Assembly: GCA_043797205.1 (NCBI GenBank) | Contig: JAZDQB010000013.1 | Span: 12,979-76,978 of the forward strand | Length of the DNA stretch: 64,000 bases | Origin: Candidatus Woesearchaeota archaeon | GTDB taxonomy: Archaea > Nanobdellota > Nanobdellia > Woesearchaeales > GW2011-AR9 | Direction: 5' to 3' | Part shown: one piece after another, positions 34,675 to 43,491 of the stretch | Layout: every line of letters begins with the position of its first letter | Position numbering within the stretch: position 1 is the first letter of the stretch | Translations under genes and position numbers: made by a program | The notes under the pieces: generated by a model | What the model was told of the DNA's origin: nothing | The model's input: the letters and a program-made list of their open reading frames with translations, nothing else | Database searches by the model: none

Positions 34675-35239
34675 TTTTATAGACCCCTTTCTGATTTATT
34701 TTATCGTACATAGAAGTAAAAACTATCTTTTGATCTCCGCTGCATTTATTAGCAATACACGGAACTTGTTTAGGACAATCTTGCTCGACATTACAAGCTT
34801 TTTCTAACTTAAATTCTTGATAATTTCCTTTTACTGCGGTTGGAACAAGAGTGGCTCCTTGAATCTGCCGGGCTAGGTAGGGAAGAACTTCTTCTTGAGG
34901 TAATCCTTCTGAAGGAATAATACCGCGTTGAATCAAAAAATCTTGGTCTGTAAACCATTTTCTACACAAATCTTCTTTCCCTGGATCCCAATATTGTAAA
35001 CTTCCTTCCAAATCGTTGCGAGCAAAAGTTGCAGTCCAATTATCAAACACTTGCTGCGGGGTTTCCGTGGGTAGTTGATAAGGAACACACTGGCGTTCTA
35101 CACAAATTTCTCCTTTTTGCTGGTTACAATCCTTGTCCGAGCCGCAAGAATTACTATTAGAACTACTACAACCAAAGTAAGAAGCAGCCAAAGTCCCTGC
35201 TGTCAATAATGCGATTAAGCCCCTTCGAATCGTTCTCAT
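34661..35239 (-). CDS. Secreted lipoprotein-like Cys-containing protein
   Basis: Signal with FGC. 14-nt overlap with the downstream 899-aa gene. Confidence 0.55.
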   Translation of the reverse strand: MRTIRRGLIALLTAGTLAASYFGCSSSNSNSCGSDKDCNQQKGEICVERQCVPYQLPTETPQQVFDNWTATFARNDLEGSLQYWDPGKEDLCRKWFTDQDFLIQRGIIPSEGLPQEEVLPYLARQIQGATLVPTAVKGNYQEFKLEKACNVEQDCPKQVPCIANKCSGDQKIVFTSMYDKINQKGVYKIGSF

Positions 35240-35292
35240 GTGCTATAACTGCCTAATAGTAAGAGAAATTTATAAAGCTTATCTCCTTTTTT

Positions 35293-35877
35293 GTGTATAT
35301 GGGTCATCGAAAAGGTGCTATTGGAATGTCAGTAGAGACTTTAGTGATTATTATCATCTCTTTAGTGGTATTGATTGGCGGTATTTCTTTATTGTATAAA
35401 TGGATTGGCGGTGCCGAGTCCATGAAAGACCAGTTGGACGAAAAAACCAATTCAGAATTGGAAAGGTTATTGGTAGAGCAAGGGAAGCAAGTAGCTTTGC
35501 CTCGAAATGTAGCCGATTTAACTCGAGGAGAGAATCATATTTTTGGGATTGGGATACTAAATACTGATTATGAGAATAAATTTAGGATTGAAGTTACTCC
35601 TCCTACAGAAATAGCAAACCCCGAAGGAAAAATTATATCTGTATTGGATTTAGATCCTGCCGCTTGGCTGCTTTTTAATGACCAATTAATAACTTTGAAA
35701 CAAGGTGAGCACGTTAAAGAGTTTATTAATGTCAAAGTGCCTAAAGAGAATACTGACTTAGGACAATATATTTTCTCAGTAAAAGTAAAATGTATCCAAT
35801 GTAAGACTCCTTCTGGAGAAATAAAAGATATACCTTACGGCAACACCCAAAAGATTATCGTGAACGTGAAAGGGTAA
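35293..35877 (+). CDS. Type IV pilin-like protein (class III signal peptide), paralog of 31067..31669
   Basis: HRKGA|IGMSVETLVIIIISLVVLIGG. The ATG at 35299 is a possible true start. Confidence 0.65.
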   Translation: MYMGHRKGAIGMSVETLVIIIISLVVLIGGISLLYKWIGGAESMKDQLDEKTNSELERLLVEQGKQVALPRNVADLTRGENHIFGIGILNTDYENKFRIEVTPPTEIANPEGKIISVLDLDPAAWLLFNDQLITLKQGEHVKEFINVKVPKENTDLGQYIFSVKVKCIQCKTPSGEIKDIPYGNTQKIIVNVKG

Positions 35878-35881
35878 TTGC

Positions 35882-36000
35882 AAAGTCGTCAAGGCCCCGG
35901 CTCGACCTGTTTCCGTCAATAAATTCTGGACAGAACAGGACTTGATTTTTTATTAAAATAAACATCCTCTCGCCGGACTATTTGGCCTTGACGACGACTT
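35882..36000. other. Roughly 119-nt Y-shaped hairpin (H3) filling the gap between convergent genes; bidirectional terminator or ncRNA
   Basis: 14-bp closing stem AAGUCGUCAAGGCC / GGCCUUGAC(GAC)GACUU. Inner CCGGC/GCCGG and CCUGUU/AACAGG. Confidence 0.35.
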
Positions 36001-36003
36001 TAC

Positions 36004-36675
36004 TTATCTCAACATCTCTTCTAAGAACTTCTGCGGATTTTTTGATTTAACTACCGCATGCGCTAGTAATACTCCTTGTGCACCTAATTTTAAGGTTTGA
36101 ATTAAATCTTCTCGAGAATGAATTCCTGCTCCACATAATAATTTTGTTTTGGGGTTATTCTTTTTGATTAAAGCTGCCGCTTGAAGAATAATCTTGGGAT
36201 TAGCAGAAGTTACCGAAACATTTCCACCAATCAATTCTGCCGGTTCGTAAGCAACATAATCTGGCTTCGTCTTAGCAATGTTTTCGATATCTTTCAATTT
36301 AGAAGCACAAACCACACTTAACATTCTTAACTTTCTGCATTTTTCCACTTCTCTTTTAATTTCTGAAAAGTTTAATCGATTCTCCGAGTGGTTGATGATA
36401 ACTCCATTGATTTTCCATGCTTTCAATTCTTCTAAGGTTACACTTCCTGTATGTGCTCCCAACTCATTGGAATCAGAATGCTGGGCAAAGAGCAGCAAAG
36501 AATGTTTTCTGTTCTTGAGGGTTCTAGCAATTTCTACTACATCTAAGATGGTAGGACTGATTGCAATTTGATACTTTTTGGACTTAACTTTAGCTATCTT
36601 TCTGGATAAAAGTATTCCTTTCTTTCCAATAGCTTCCGGATATACTTTAAAGTTGATTAAGATTAATGATTTCAT
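36004..36675 (-). CDS. tpiA: Triosephosphate isomerase (short archaeal type)
   Basis: INFKVYPEA, IINHSENR, AYEPAELIG, LCGAGI. 223 aa. Confidence 0.9.
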   Translation of the reverse strand: MKSLILINFKVYPEAIGKKGILLSRKIAKVKSKKYQIAISPTILDVVEIARTLKNRKHSLLLFAQHSDSNELGAHTGSVTLEELKAWKINGVIINHSENRLNFSEIKREVEKCRKLRMLSVVCASKLKDIENIAKTKPDYVAYEPAELIGGNVSVTSANPKIILQAAALIKKNNPKTKLLCGAGIHSREDLIQTLKLGAQGVLLAHAVVKSKNPQKFLEEMLR

Positions 36676-36751
36676 TCAGACCTCTTTTTGATAAGAGAAT
36701 GATTGTCAGAAAGTATTTAAATATTACTCTATGGCTTTATTCTTCAGGGAC

Positions 36752-37000
36752 CTACTTTACTTTATATTCTACATCAATCACTTCTTTATTGGAAGCAACT
36801 TTAGGATGATTGGTAGCGGGAGGAGCTTGCTTTCCTACTTTGCGTAAGGTACGGATGAAATAACCGATAAAGAACAAGATTATCGCAATGGGTAAGATTA
36901 ACACGAAGAAACTGAAAACTAATAATAAAATTAGGATAATAATAGCAATAACAATTAAAAATACAATTCCAATCTTAATCTTTCGGGTTAACGTGGCCAT
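36752..37000 (-). CDS. Small membrane protein
   Basis: 82 aa with two TM helices. Confidence 0.45.
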   Translation of the reverse strand: MATLTRKIKIGIVFLIVIAIIILILLLVFSFFVLILPIAIILFFIGYFIRTLRKVGKQAPPATNHPKVASNKEVIDVEYKVK

Positions 37001-37553
37001 CTTTAAGTAAAAAGCTTAACCCTATTAAAAAGCTTGCTAAAATTAGGGTTTGGATAAAGATAATAATGCCGATATTAGTAAAGAAGTTTAATGGAAAGGT
37101 TTGAATCAAAAGTGAATCTGGAGCAAACATCCAATTTCCCTGTGGAAAAAAGAGTTGGTGGAAGAGAGTAAATACTTCGTTGAACGAGATTAGGAAAAAT
37201 AACAAAATTATTCCCATTATAATGGCAGTGGTAATCCCCCCATAACGCAGCAATTTATTAGAAAAAACTTTGTTTTTCATACTTGCTCCAAAAAGCAGGA
37301 TTACTGCTAAATAAACAGCAATGAAAAGATATCTTTCTCCTTTCATCACGCCACGCACGTCTTGTAAATGAGATATTTCACTAGAAGTATAATTAATAGA
37401 CATATTTTCTCTTCCTCCATTCACAAAGCTAATCGTTTCTTTCTGCGCTTCCGTTTTTGGATAGAATAACATAGTGGAATGATAAGAGAATAGCAACAAA
37501 AAGAATGGGAGTGAAATACAGAATATTACCCGAAATAATTTTATTTTCTCCAT
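36975..37553 (-). CDS. Integral membrane protein, TIGR01906/DUF1461-like
   Basis: SHLQDVRGVM...FHQLFFPQGNWMFAPDSLLIQTFPLNFF pattern. Confidence 0.55.
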   Translation of the reverse strand: MEKIKLFRVIFCISLPFFLLLFSYHSTMLFYPKTEAQKETISFVNGGRENMSINYTSSEISHLQDVRGVMKGERYLFIAVYLAVILLFGASMKNKVFSNKLLRYGGITTAIIMGIILLFFLISFNEVFTLFHQLFFPQGNWMFAPDSLLIQTFPLNFFTNIGIIIFIQTLILASFLIGLSFLLKDGHVNPKD

Positions 37554-37664
37554 AATTCATTCCTTTTTTTAAGTGTATTAAAACTTTGTCTTTTTAGATC
37601 CTCTTCCTTCTTTTAATAACCTTTTTCAGATAAGAATATAAGCGTTTACTATATTTCTACTCTT

Positions 37665-37838
37665 ATGGGAAATCTTCGATGGCGTGACCAGCAAACTAAA
37701 ACTTTGTTATTATCTAAAGCTAGTTTTAAGTCTGAGGGTAAATTGAGTAAAGAACCTCTTCACCACCTTGAAAGAAAAGCTAATTTGCTGAAAAAGATTA
37801 AAGAGATGAAATCCAAACAGAATCTTGATATTAAATAA
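37665..37838 (+). CDS. Possible small basic protein (57 aa, below track cutoff)
   Basis: Own translation MGNLRWRDQQTKTLLLSKASFKSEGKLSKEPLHHLERKANLLKKIKEMKSKQNLDIK. TATA-like AAGAATATAAG about 25 nt upstream. Confidence 0.3.
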   Translation: MGNLRWRDQQTKTLLLSKASFKSEGKLSKEPLHHLERKANLLKKIKEMKSKQNLDIK

Positions 37839-37874
37839 CAATTATTAAAAAATAAAAATATAATATTAACAGAA

Positions 37875-38540
37875 TTATTTCTGGTGTTTGTGTTCTGCTT
37901 CCTCATGCTTATTTTCGGTGTGTTCGCATTCTTTATGTTCGCATTCACATTCATCATCTTCGCAAGCACAATCACACTCTTTACTACAATCTCCACCGGA
38001 GCAAGAACACTCTTCTCCTTCACAGCAGCATCCACCTTCTTCCTCTTCCGTTCCTTCCATATTGATACCCATAATTTCAATATCGAAATGTAAATCTTTT
38101 CCGGCTAAAGGATGATTAATGTCAATAGTTACTTTGCCTGGTTCCACTTTCACGATTTGAGCGGGAATCTGCTGTCCTTGCGGTCCTTTCATCATCAATT
38201 GCATTCCCACTTGCGGATCGGGCTGCGGAGGAAGTTTATCTCTGGGAATTTCTAAGACTAATTCCTTGATTACTGGTCCATACGCTTCAGCCGCAGGAAT
38301 CACAAAAGTCTTTTTATCTTTCACTTTCATTCCATCTACCGCTTTATCAAATCCGGGAATCACTTGTCCGGCTCCAGCAGTAAAGGTTAGGGGAGCTCTT
38401 CCTTGAGAAGTATCAAACATATTTCCATCGGATAATTTTCCCGTATAATGAACTGTAACTTTGTCTCCTGATTTTACCTCATCGTTAGTAGTATTTGCAC
38501 TTTTGTTAGTATTTCCTTTAGTTTTGATTTCTTTAGCCAT
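37875..38540 (-). CDS. slyD: FKBP-type peptidyl-prolyl isomerase (SlyD-like) with a Cys/Glu/His-rich C-terminal tail
   Basis: VTVHYTGKLSDGNMFDTS...GQVIPGFDKAVDGMKV...LAGKDLHFDIEI. Tail GGCCCEGEECSCSGGDCSKECDCACEDDECECEHKECEH. Confidence 0.9.
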   Translation of the reverse strand: MAKEIKTKGNTNKSANTTNDEVKSGDKVTVHYTGKLSDGNMFDTSQGRAPLTFTAGAGQVIPGFDKAVDGMKVKDKKTFVIPAAEAYGPVIKELVLEIPRDKLPPQPDPQVGMQLMMKGPQGQQIPAQIVKVEPGKVTIDINHPLAGKDLHFDIEIMGINMEGTEEEEGGCCCEGEECSCSGGDCSKECDCACEDDECECEHKECEHTENKHEEAEHKHQK

Positions 38541-38609
38541 AATATCTTCCTCCTGCTTTGTCTAAAAAAATAGGGCTGTTTATAAAATGAATGGAGTTTA
38601 AAATAACAG

Positions 38610-39473
38610 TTAAGAAACGGAAGGGTTTTGATAATCTCTTAAATAAGCTCTTTCAATCCCTCTAATCTTAGATACAAACTCATACGCTTCTGCTCCCAAA
38701 TGTCTTCGAGTAAGTTCCCAGATGGTTCTTGCTCCGGTATTGTGAATCAATCCCGGGATTCCGTTCGGTCCCCAGTTGTAACCTAACAGGACCCAATTCC
38801 ATTTCTCTTCTTCCGGTAATTCTTTAAATCCGGGAACTTCACGCTCATATTTCCGATAAAATTTAGCCAAAAATTGTCCTCCACAAAGCAACTGTCTGGC
38901 ACTACGCGGATTGCAACCAAAAGCTTTAGAAGTAGCGGGCATGAATTGCATTAATCCTTGTGCTCCAGCTTTAGAAGTAACCCCCGTACTCCAATTACTT
39001 TCTCCTTGCACTAAAGAGATAAACATAGAATAAGGAATTTTTACCTTATATTTATCTCGAGCGAAATCTAAGGCTTGATTAATAAGAGTAGCGTAAGGTT
39101 CGCGATGAATAGTTTGAGTAAAATTTCTGGCTATACTCTCTCTATTTTGGTAGTTATGGTATGCTTTATCAATTCTCGCTTCTCTTTCTAGAACAGAAAG
39201 TGATTCTCGTCGGGTTTTTATCATTTTTCTGTCCATTTCTTCCATTAATCCTGTTGGAAGTAAAGTTTCCGTTAATCTGGCTTCTAAAGAAAGATTGGAA
39301 TTTTCCTCCAGAGAACGATTAAAGTGAAAGAGGAAGGTTTTTTGTGGAAAGTTTTTCAAAACAAATTGTTGATGAGAATGGTGTTTATGAGAGATGGATC
39401 TTCTAGGCGCACCATCAGCATAAGAATGCCAGCCCATCATCGCTGCAGTAAGAAGAGAGAAGTAAAGCGGCAA
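38610..39473 (-). CDS. SLT-domain lytic transglycosylase (secreted)
   Basis: Catalytic region VQGESNWSTGVTSKAGAQGLMQFMPATS. Confidence 0.8.
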   Translation of the reverse strand: MPLYFSLLTAAMMGWHSYADGAPRRSISHKHHSHQQFVLKNFPQKTFLFHFNRSLEENSNLSLEARLTETLLPTGLMEEMDRKMIKTRRESLSVLEREARIDKAYHNYQNRESIARNFTQTIHREPYATLINQALDFARDKYKVKIPYSMFISLVQGESNWSTGVTSKAGAQGLMQFMPATSKAFGCNPRSARQLLCGGQFLAKFYRKYEREVPGFKELPEEEKWNWVLLGYNWGPNGIPGLIHNTGARTIWELTRRHLGAEAYEFVSKIRGIERAYLRDYQNPSVS

Positions 39474-39666
39474 ATGTTTTTAGTTAATTCCCAGCTCATT
39501 TTTAAAAATGTATGATTTAATAATTGTTGGTTAAGGAATCTTATTTAAAGCTTGTGCTATAAGTGTATTGAAGGTATAGGTTTTCCTTACCCCTTTATTT
39601 TATCTGTTCTGTTGTCTCTTATTAGTAACAAAAGCTTTATAAATAACCTCTTCTTTTTAAGCTTAA

Positions 39667-41052
39667 ATGGGAAGAATTCAGACACTAAAGAAGGGACTTT
39701 CTACCACTACCGGAAAGGTAGCTTTAGCCCTATCGGGTTTAGCTGCCATGGGTATAGTGGCATATTCTACTCCCCATTCTAAAGAATCCGAACCAGAGAA
39801 TTCTGCACAGCATTGTGCCAGTTATTACGTTTATGACAATGTTCAGTGCGTCGATTTTTCTCTTAAAGCTGGTCCAGAAGAAGCCAAACGGCATTTCGGC
39901 TCTCTGCCTTTCTATCAATGGTTAGTTGATTACGGAAAAGAAGTTGGTCTAACCCTAGAAATAAAAGAAGGTTTTTTTGTGTTAAGTAATGAGGATATTA
40001 CTAAAATCGGCCGGGTAGTGGGATTAGAATCTCAAGAATTAAAAGAATATCTAACTACCAATCCTTATCGTTATCTTTTGTATCAAGACCATCGTGAAAC
40101 CCCTCTAACCTTAGACGCTCTTTTGCGGGTAGAATCCAGCGGAAAATTCAATCCCCAGAAGCCCTGTAATTCTAAGGGATACTGCGGATTGATGCAGCTT
40201 GGTTATGGTGGCGCTTTCGCCGAAACCCTGCAATTGTTAATGAGTTCTTCCCGAAAATATTTTGATTTTAGAAACGTCAATAGCGCAAATTTTGCTCCAG
40301 AAATTAATTTGATTGATACCCAATCCGAAGGCTTAGTGAAACTGATTCAGATGGTTCAAGAGCGAGTTTTAAAATTAAAACCGATTGTAAATGCGGACAT
40401 CGATGCTTGTACTGTCCGCGGTTATGTAAACGAAGAGGAATCTAAACGCTGCGAAAGTATTGGAAAATTTAATCGTTACTTAAGCAATTTAACTAATTAC
40501 CTTAATTTGGCGGTTCGAGTCCATGATCCTGATTCTCAACGTCAAGCTAAAAAATTATACTATGAGATTATCAGTGGGAGAGGAAATCTCTTTGGCAGCC
40601 TAAACGAGATGTTGAGAATAGTTTTTCATGATCAGCGGGATTATCATCAGCTGTTAAGCCCTGGGAGAATCAAATCCATTTTTGATAAATTATGGGGAAA
40701 GGTGAAAGTTAACCATCCTCTAAATATTGCTATCGCCCACATCGATACTCTTTTTTTGGACGGAGAGTATGATCGTTTAAGCGAGGAGTTTCCTCAAATT
40801 TATAATGGGGTGGATAAAGATATTTTTAAATATGAGGCTTATAATAAGGGCGTTTCTGAAGTGCATAATTATCTTGCACGAAAAGGTAAATTTCCCGGTA
40901 ATGGAGATTATCCTCGTAAGGTAGAAGAAGCTAAACGATTATTCGCCGAAATGAATAGGTCCTTCTATGGAGATTCTAATCTTAGTTGTAATTTTGTTTT
41001 GGGAAAAATACGCTGCCCGCTTCCTTCAGCGATAGACGGATATCTAAAATAA
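39667..41052 (+). CDS. Secreted protein with a divergent SLT-like lytic transglycosylase domain
   Basis: N-terminal anchor. LRVESSGKFNPQKPCNSKGYCGLMQLGYG (E-S...GLMQ). Confidence 0.6.
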   Translation: MGRIQTLKKGLSTTTGKVALALSGLAAMGIVAYSTPHSKESEPENSAQHCASYYVYDNVQCVDFSLKAGPEEAKRHFGSLPFYQWLVDYGKEVGLTLEIKEGFFVLSNEDITKIGRVVGLESQELKEYLTTNPYRYLLYQDHRETPLTLDALLRVESSGKFNPQKPCNSKGYCGLMQLGYGGAFAETLQLLMSSSRKYFDFRNVNSANFAPEINLIDTQSEGLVKLIQMVQERVLKLKPIVNADIDACTVRGYVNEEESKRCESIGKFNRYLSNLTNYLNLAVRVHDPDSQRQAKKLYYEIISGRGNLFGSLNEMLRIVFHDQRDYHQLLSPGRIKSIFDKLWGKVKVNHPLNIAIAHIDTLFLDGEYDRLSEEFPQIYNGVDKDIFKYEAYNKGVSEVHNYLARKGKFPGNGDYPRKVEEAKRLFAEMNRSFYGDSNLSCNFVLGKIRCPLPSAIDGYLK

Positions 41053-41070
41053 ATAATTACTTCATCCTAA

Positions 41071-42915
41071 TCACTTATGCCCTTCTTTCAAAATCTTGTT
41101 CAAGGAATCAGAAATGACTTTACCCGAAGCTTTTCCTGCCAACTGTTTCATACATTGGCCCATTAAGGCTCCTAAGGGCGCACCTTTATTCTTCTCTACA
41201 ATCTCTTTGATAATGTGATGGATTTCTTCCGTAGCTAGAGTGGCATAATTCTTTAAATCAAAGGTTCCTTTAATCATATCAATCATTACATCTAGCACAA
41301 TATCCTTGTGGATTTTGTCTTCAGATAGGTATTGGAACAATTGGCGGAAATTCTCTTCCGTCAATTTTTCTGGATCCAGATTGTATTTCCTTTTGATGTC
41401 CAAAGGTGTGGAATTAATCGTTTCTGCCACGAAAGCAGGTTTAATTTTCGGATACTTAGCAATAATTTCTTCGAACAAGGGCATCATTTCTGATTTGGCC
41501 ATAAATTCGGCTAGATCTTTAGACAAACCCAGCTCTTTTTGGTAGCGTACAAACTTATCTTCTAGGGTTTCGGGAACTTGTACATTGGAGATGTCTGGCT
41601 TAACTAAAGGTACATCGGTTTCGGGATACATTCTAGCTGCGCCGGGCATCGGGCGCATAAAACTAGTGGTTCCATCCGGATTAGCTTTGCGCACTTCTTT
41701 GGGTACAGCTAACTTTAATTGTGTTTCCGCACGAGTAAGAGCGGCATGGATGGCTTTTCGAGCTTTTTCTTCTTGATCGGCAATGATAATAAAGGCATCT
41801 CCTTCTTTTACTTGCAGTATTTTTTTGATGTCTTCAATCTCTTTAGCAGAAAATTTGTACTTGTTCAAATCCTCATCAGAATGAATCATTCCCCCCACGC
41901 CAAACACCTTAGCATAGTCAGACATCTCTGTTCCAAAGCGTCGATTTGGTTGAACTTCTTTTCCTAACACTCCCGCAAATCCTTGAACTTTTGCTCCCAA
42001 GATTTTACCTTTCTTCTCTAACACTTTCTTAATTAGAGGAGATTCAGTTTTGGAGAAGATCTCATTTAAATCTTTTACTTCTCCTACTTTGAAGTCGGAA
42101 ATTTTCTTTACTTGACGATGGATCTCTAGCAACACTTTCTGTCTTTGTGCTTCCCCTTCCACCCAAGTAGAAAGCATCTTTAAGTCCTGTGCTCCCTTGA
42201 TTTCAATTCTGTTCCCATGATTGATGGAAACGTTGAGATCTTGCCTGATTGTGCCTAATCCGCGTTTTACTCCTGGAAGTGAACGCAACAGAATTCCAAT
42301 TTTCTTGGCTGTTTCCTGAACTTGCTCCGGAGTTTTGATGTCTGGAGCGGTACCAATTTCAATTAAAGGAATGCCTAAACGGTCCATTCTCCATACTCTT
42401 TCATTATTATTTTCAGAAACATTCTTACAAGCGTCTTCCTCTAAAGAGATGTTTTCTATTCTTACCTCTCCTGCTTCTGTTTTGATCACTCCTCCGCGAG
42501 CAATCAAAGAAGTTCTTTGAAATCCGGAAGTGTTAGAACCGTCTACTACCGTTTTACGCATTACTTGAACGATAGAGTTAACTTTAGCGTTAATTAATTT
42601 ACAAAATTGTAAAGTAGTGTACAAAGCTTCTGGATTCATAACATGCGGTGGTTCACAATCCACTTCCACTAAACAAGTAGTATCATGATATCCTTGATAA
42701 ATAAAAGTTAACTCTTTAGCTTGTTCCTGAGCCGCAGCCACATCTATTTTTCCCCCTTCTCCGGCTACTGCTCTCAGTTTTCTTTTGATGATGAAGTCAG
42801 GTTTATCTTCTCTGAGAATGGTGGGACAATTACAGAATAACTTCTTACCTTCTAACTGCTGATGGATTTCTATTCCACACTTTAACCCTAATTTGGACCA
42901 TTCTTCCGGAGTCAT
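41071..42915 (-). CDS. gatE: Glutamyl-tRNA(Gln) amidotransferase subunit E
   Basis: LKCGIEIHQQL...FCNCP...YQGYHDTTCLVEVDCEPPH. 614 aa. Confidence 0.95.
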   Translation of the reverse strand: MTPEEWSKLGLKCGIEIHQQLEGKKLFCNCPTILREDKPDFIIKRKLRAVAGEGGKIDVAAAQEQAKELTFIYQGYHDTTCLVEVDCEPPHVMNPEALYTTLQFCKLINAKVNSIVQVMRKTVVDGSNTSGFQRTSLIARGGVIKTEAGEVRIENISLEEDACKNVSENNNERVWRMDRLGIPLIEIGTAPDIKTPEQVQETAKKIGILLRSLPGVKRGLGTIRQDLNVSINHGNRIEIKGAQDLKMLSTWVEGEAQRQKVLLEIHRQVKKISDFKVGEVKDLNEIFSKTESPLIKKVLEKKGKILGAKVQGFAGVLGKEVQPNRRFGTEMSDYAKVFGVGGMIHSDEDLNKYKFSAKEIEDIKKILQVKEGDAFIIIADQEEKARKAIHAALTRAETQLKLAVPKEVRKANPDGTTSFMRPMPGAARMYPETDVPLVKPDISNVQVPETLEDKFVRYQKELGLSKDLAEFMAKSEMMPLFEEIIAKYPKIKPAFVAETINSTPLDIKRKYNLDPEKLTEENFRQLFQYLSEDKIHKDIVLDVMIDMIKGTFDLKNYATLATEEIHHIIKEIVEKNKGAPLGALMGQCMKQLAGKASGKVISDSLNKILKEGHK

Positions 42916-42994
42916 GAAGAGAAGAATAGTTGAGAGGTTTAAAAAGATTTGGGCTAATCAAAGAAAAACAAGAAAAATTAAAAACATTTTTCAA

Positions 42995-43027
42995 TTGTAA
43001 ATAAAGGCTTACATACTTTATTTACAA
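42995..43027. terminator. 12-bp-stem hairpin downstream of the SRP RNA
   Basis: TTGTAAATAAAG-N9-CTTTATTTACAA. Confidence 0.4.
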
Positions 43028-43041
43028 TAAAGAACTTGTTT

Positions 43042-43313
43042 AGGGGCACGCCCTCGGTCGAAACAAGATGGTCCTATTGGTTTGACCCAAAAAGCTTCTC
43101 GAGCTTGCAACCCTCTGAACATGGTACTGAAAAGTTAGTGCTGCTCCATTCCTGGCCTGACACGATTCCCTCACAGCCCATCCCAAAGGACAAGCCGTCG
43201 GCAAAACTTCCTGGACCAATAAAATCATAATGGCCCTTCCTCAGGCTTCGGCTCCGTGTGAAGTCCGTTCACGGTAACAACGCAGGACTAGCGCGCCAGC
43301 CTAGCTATCCCTC
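43042..43313 (-). ncRNA. ffs: SRP (7S) RNA
   Basis: The helix-8 signature GUCAGGCCAGGAAUGGAGCAGC matches the conserved CAGGUCNGGAANGGAGCAG. Helix-5 pairing UGGUCC/GGACCA. TATA TTTATAAG (43338..43345) lies 25 nt upstream of the GAGGG start. Ends are approximate. Confidence 0.75.
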
Positions 43314-43417
43314 TAATTTACGTAATGAAAGTTCGCCCTTATAAATCTTTTTACATCCCGCGAACTTTCGGAACAGAAATTTCACGCCTTGAGTGAAATT
43401 TTTGTATTAGGAACGTA

Positions 43418-43451
43418 GTGCGGCATTCGGAGCGTTGCTCCTCAGTCCCAC
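43418..43451 (-). ncRNA. 34-nt internal-loop hairpin (copy B), about 105 nt upstream of the SRP RNA on the same strand
   Basis: GUGGGACUGAGGAGC-AAC-GCUCCGAAUGCCGCAC. 29 of 34 nt are identical to 11466..11499. Confidence 0.35.
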
Positions 43452-43491
43452 ATTAGCTGTAAAAAGGCTTATTTTATATAAAGATTTTGGC

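Noticed and set aside
37760-38115. Track ORFs 37760..38080(-), 37884..38093(+) and 37888..38115(+).
   Set aside because: They overlap the Cys/Glu-rich tail of slyD. The repetitive GAA/TGC codons create open alternative frames.
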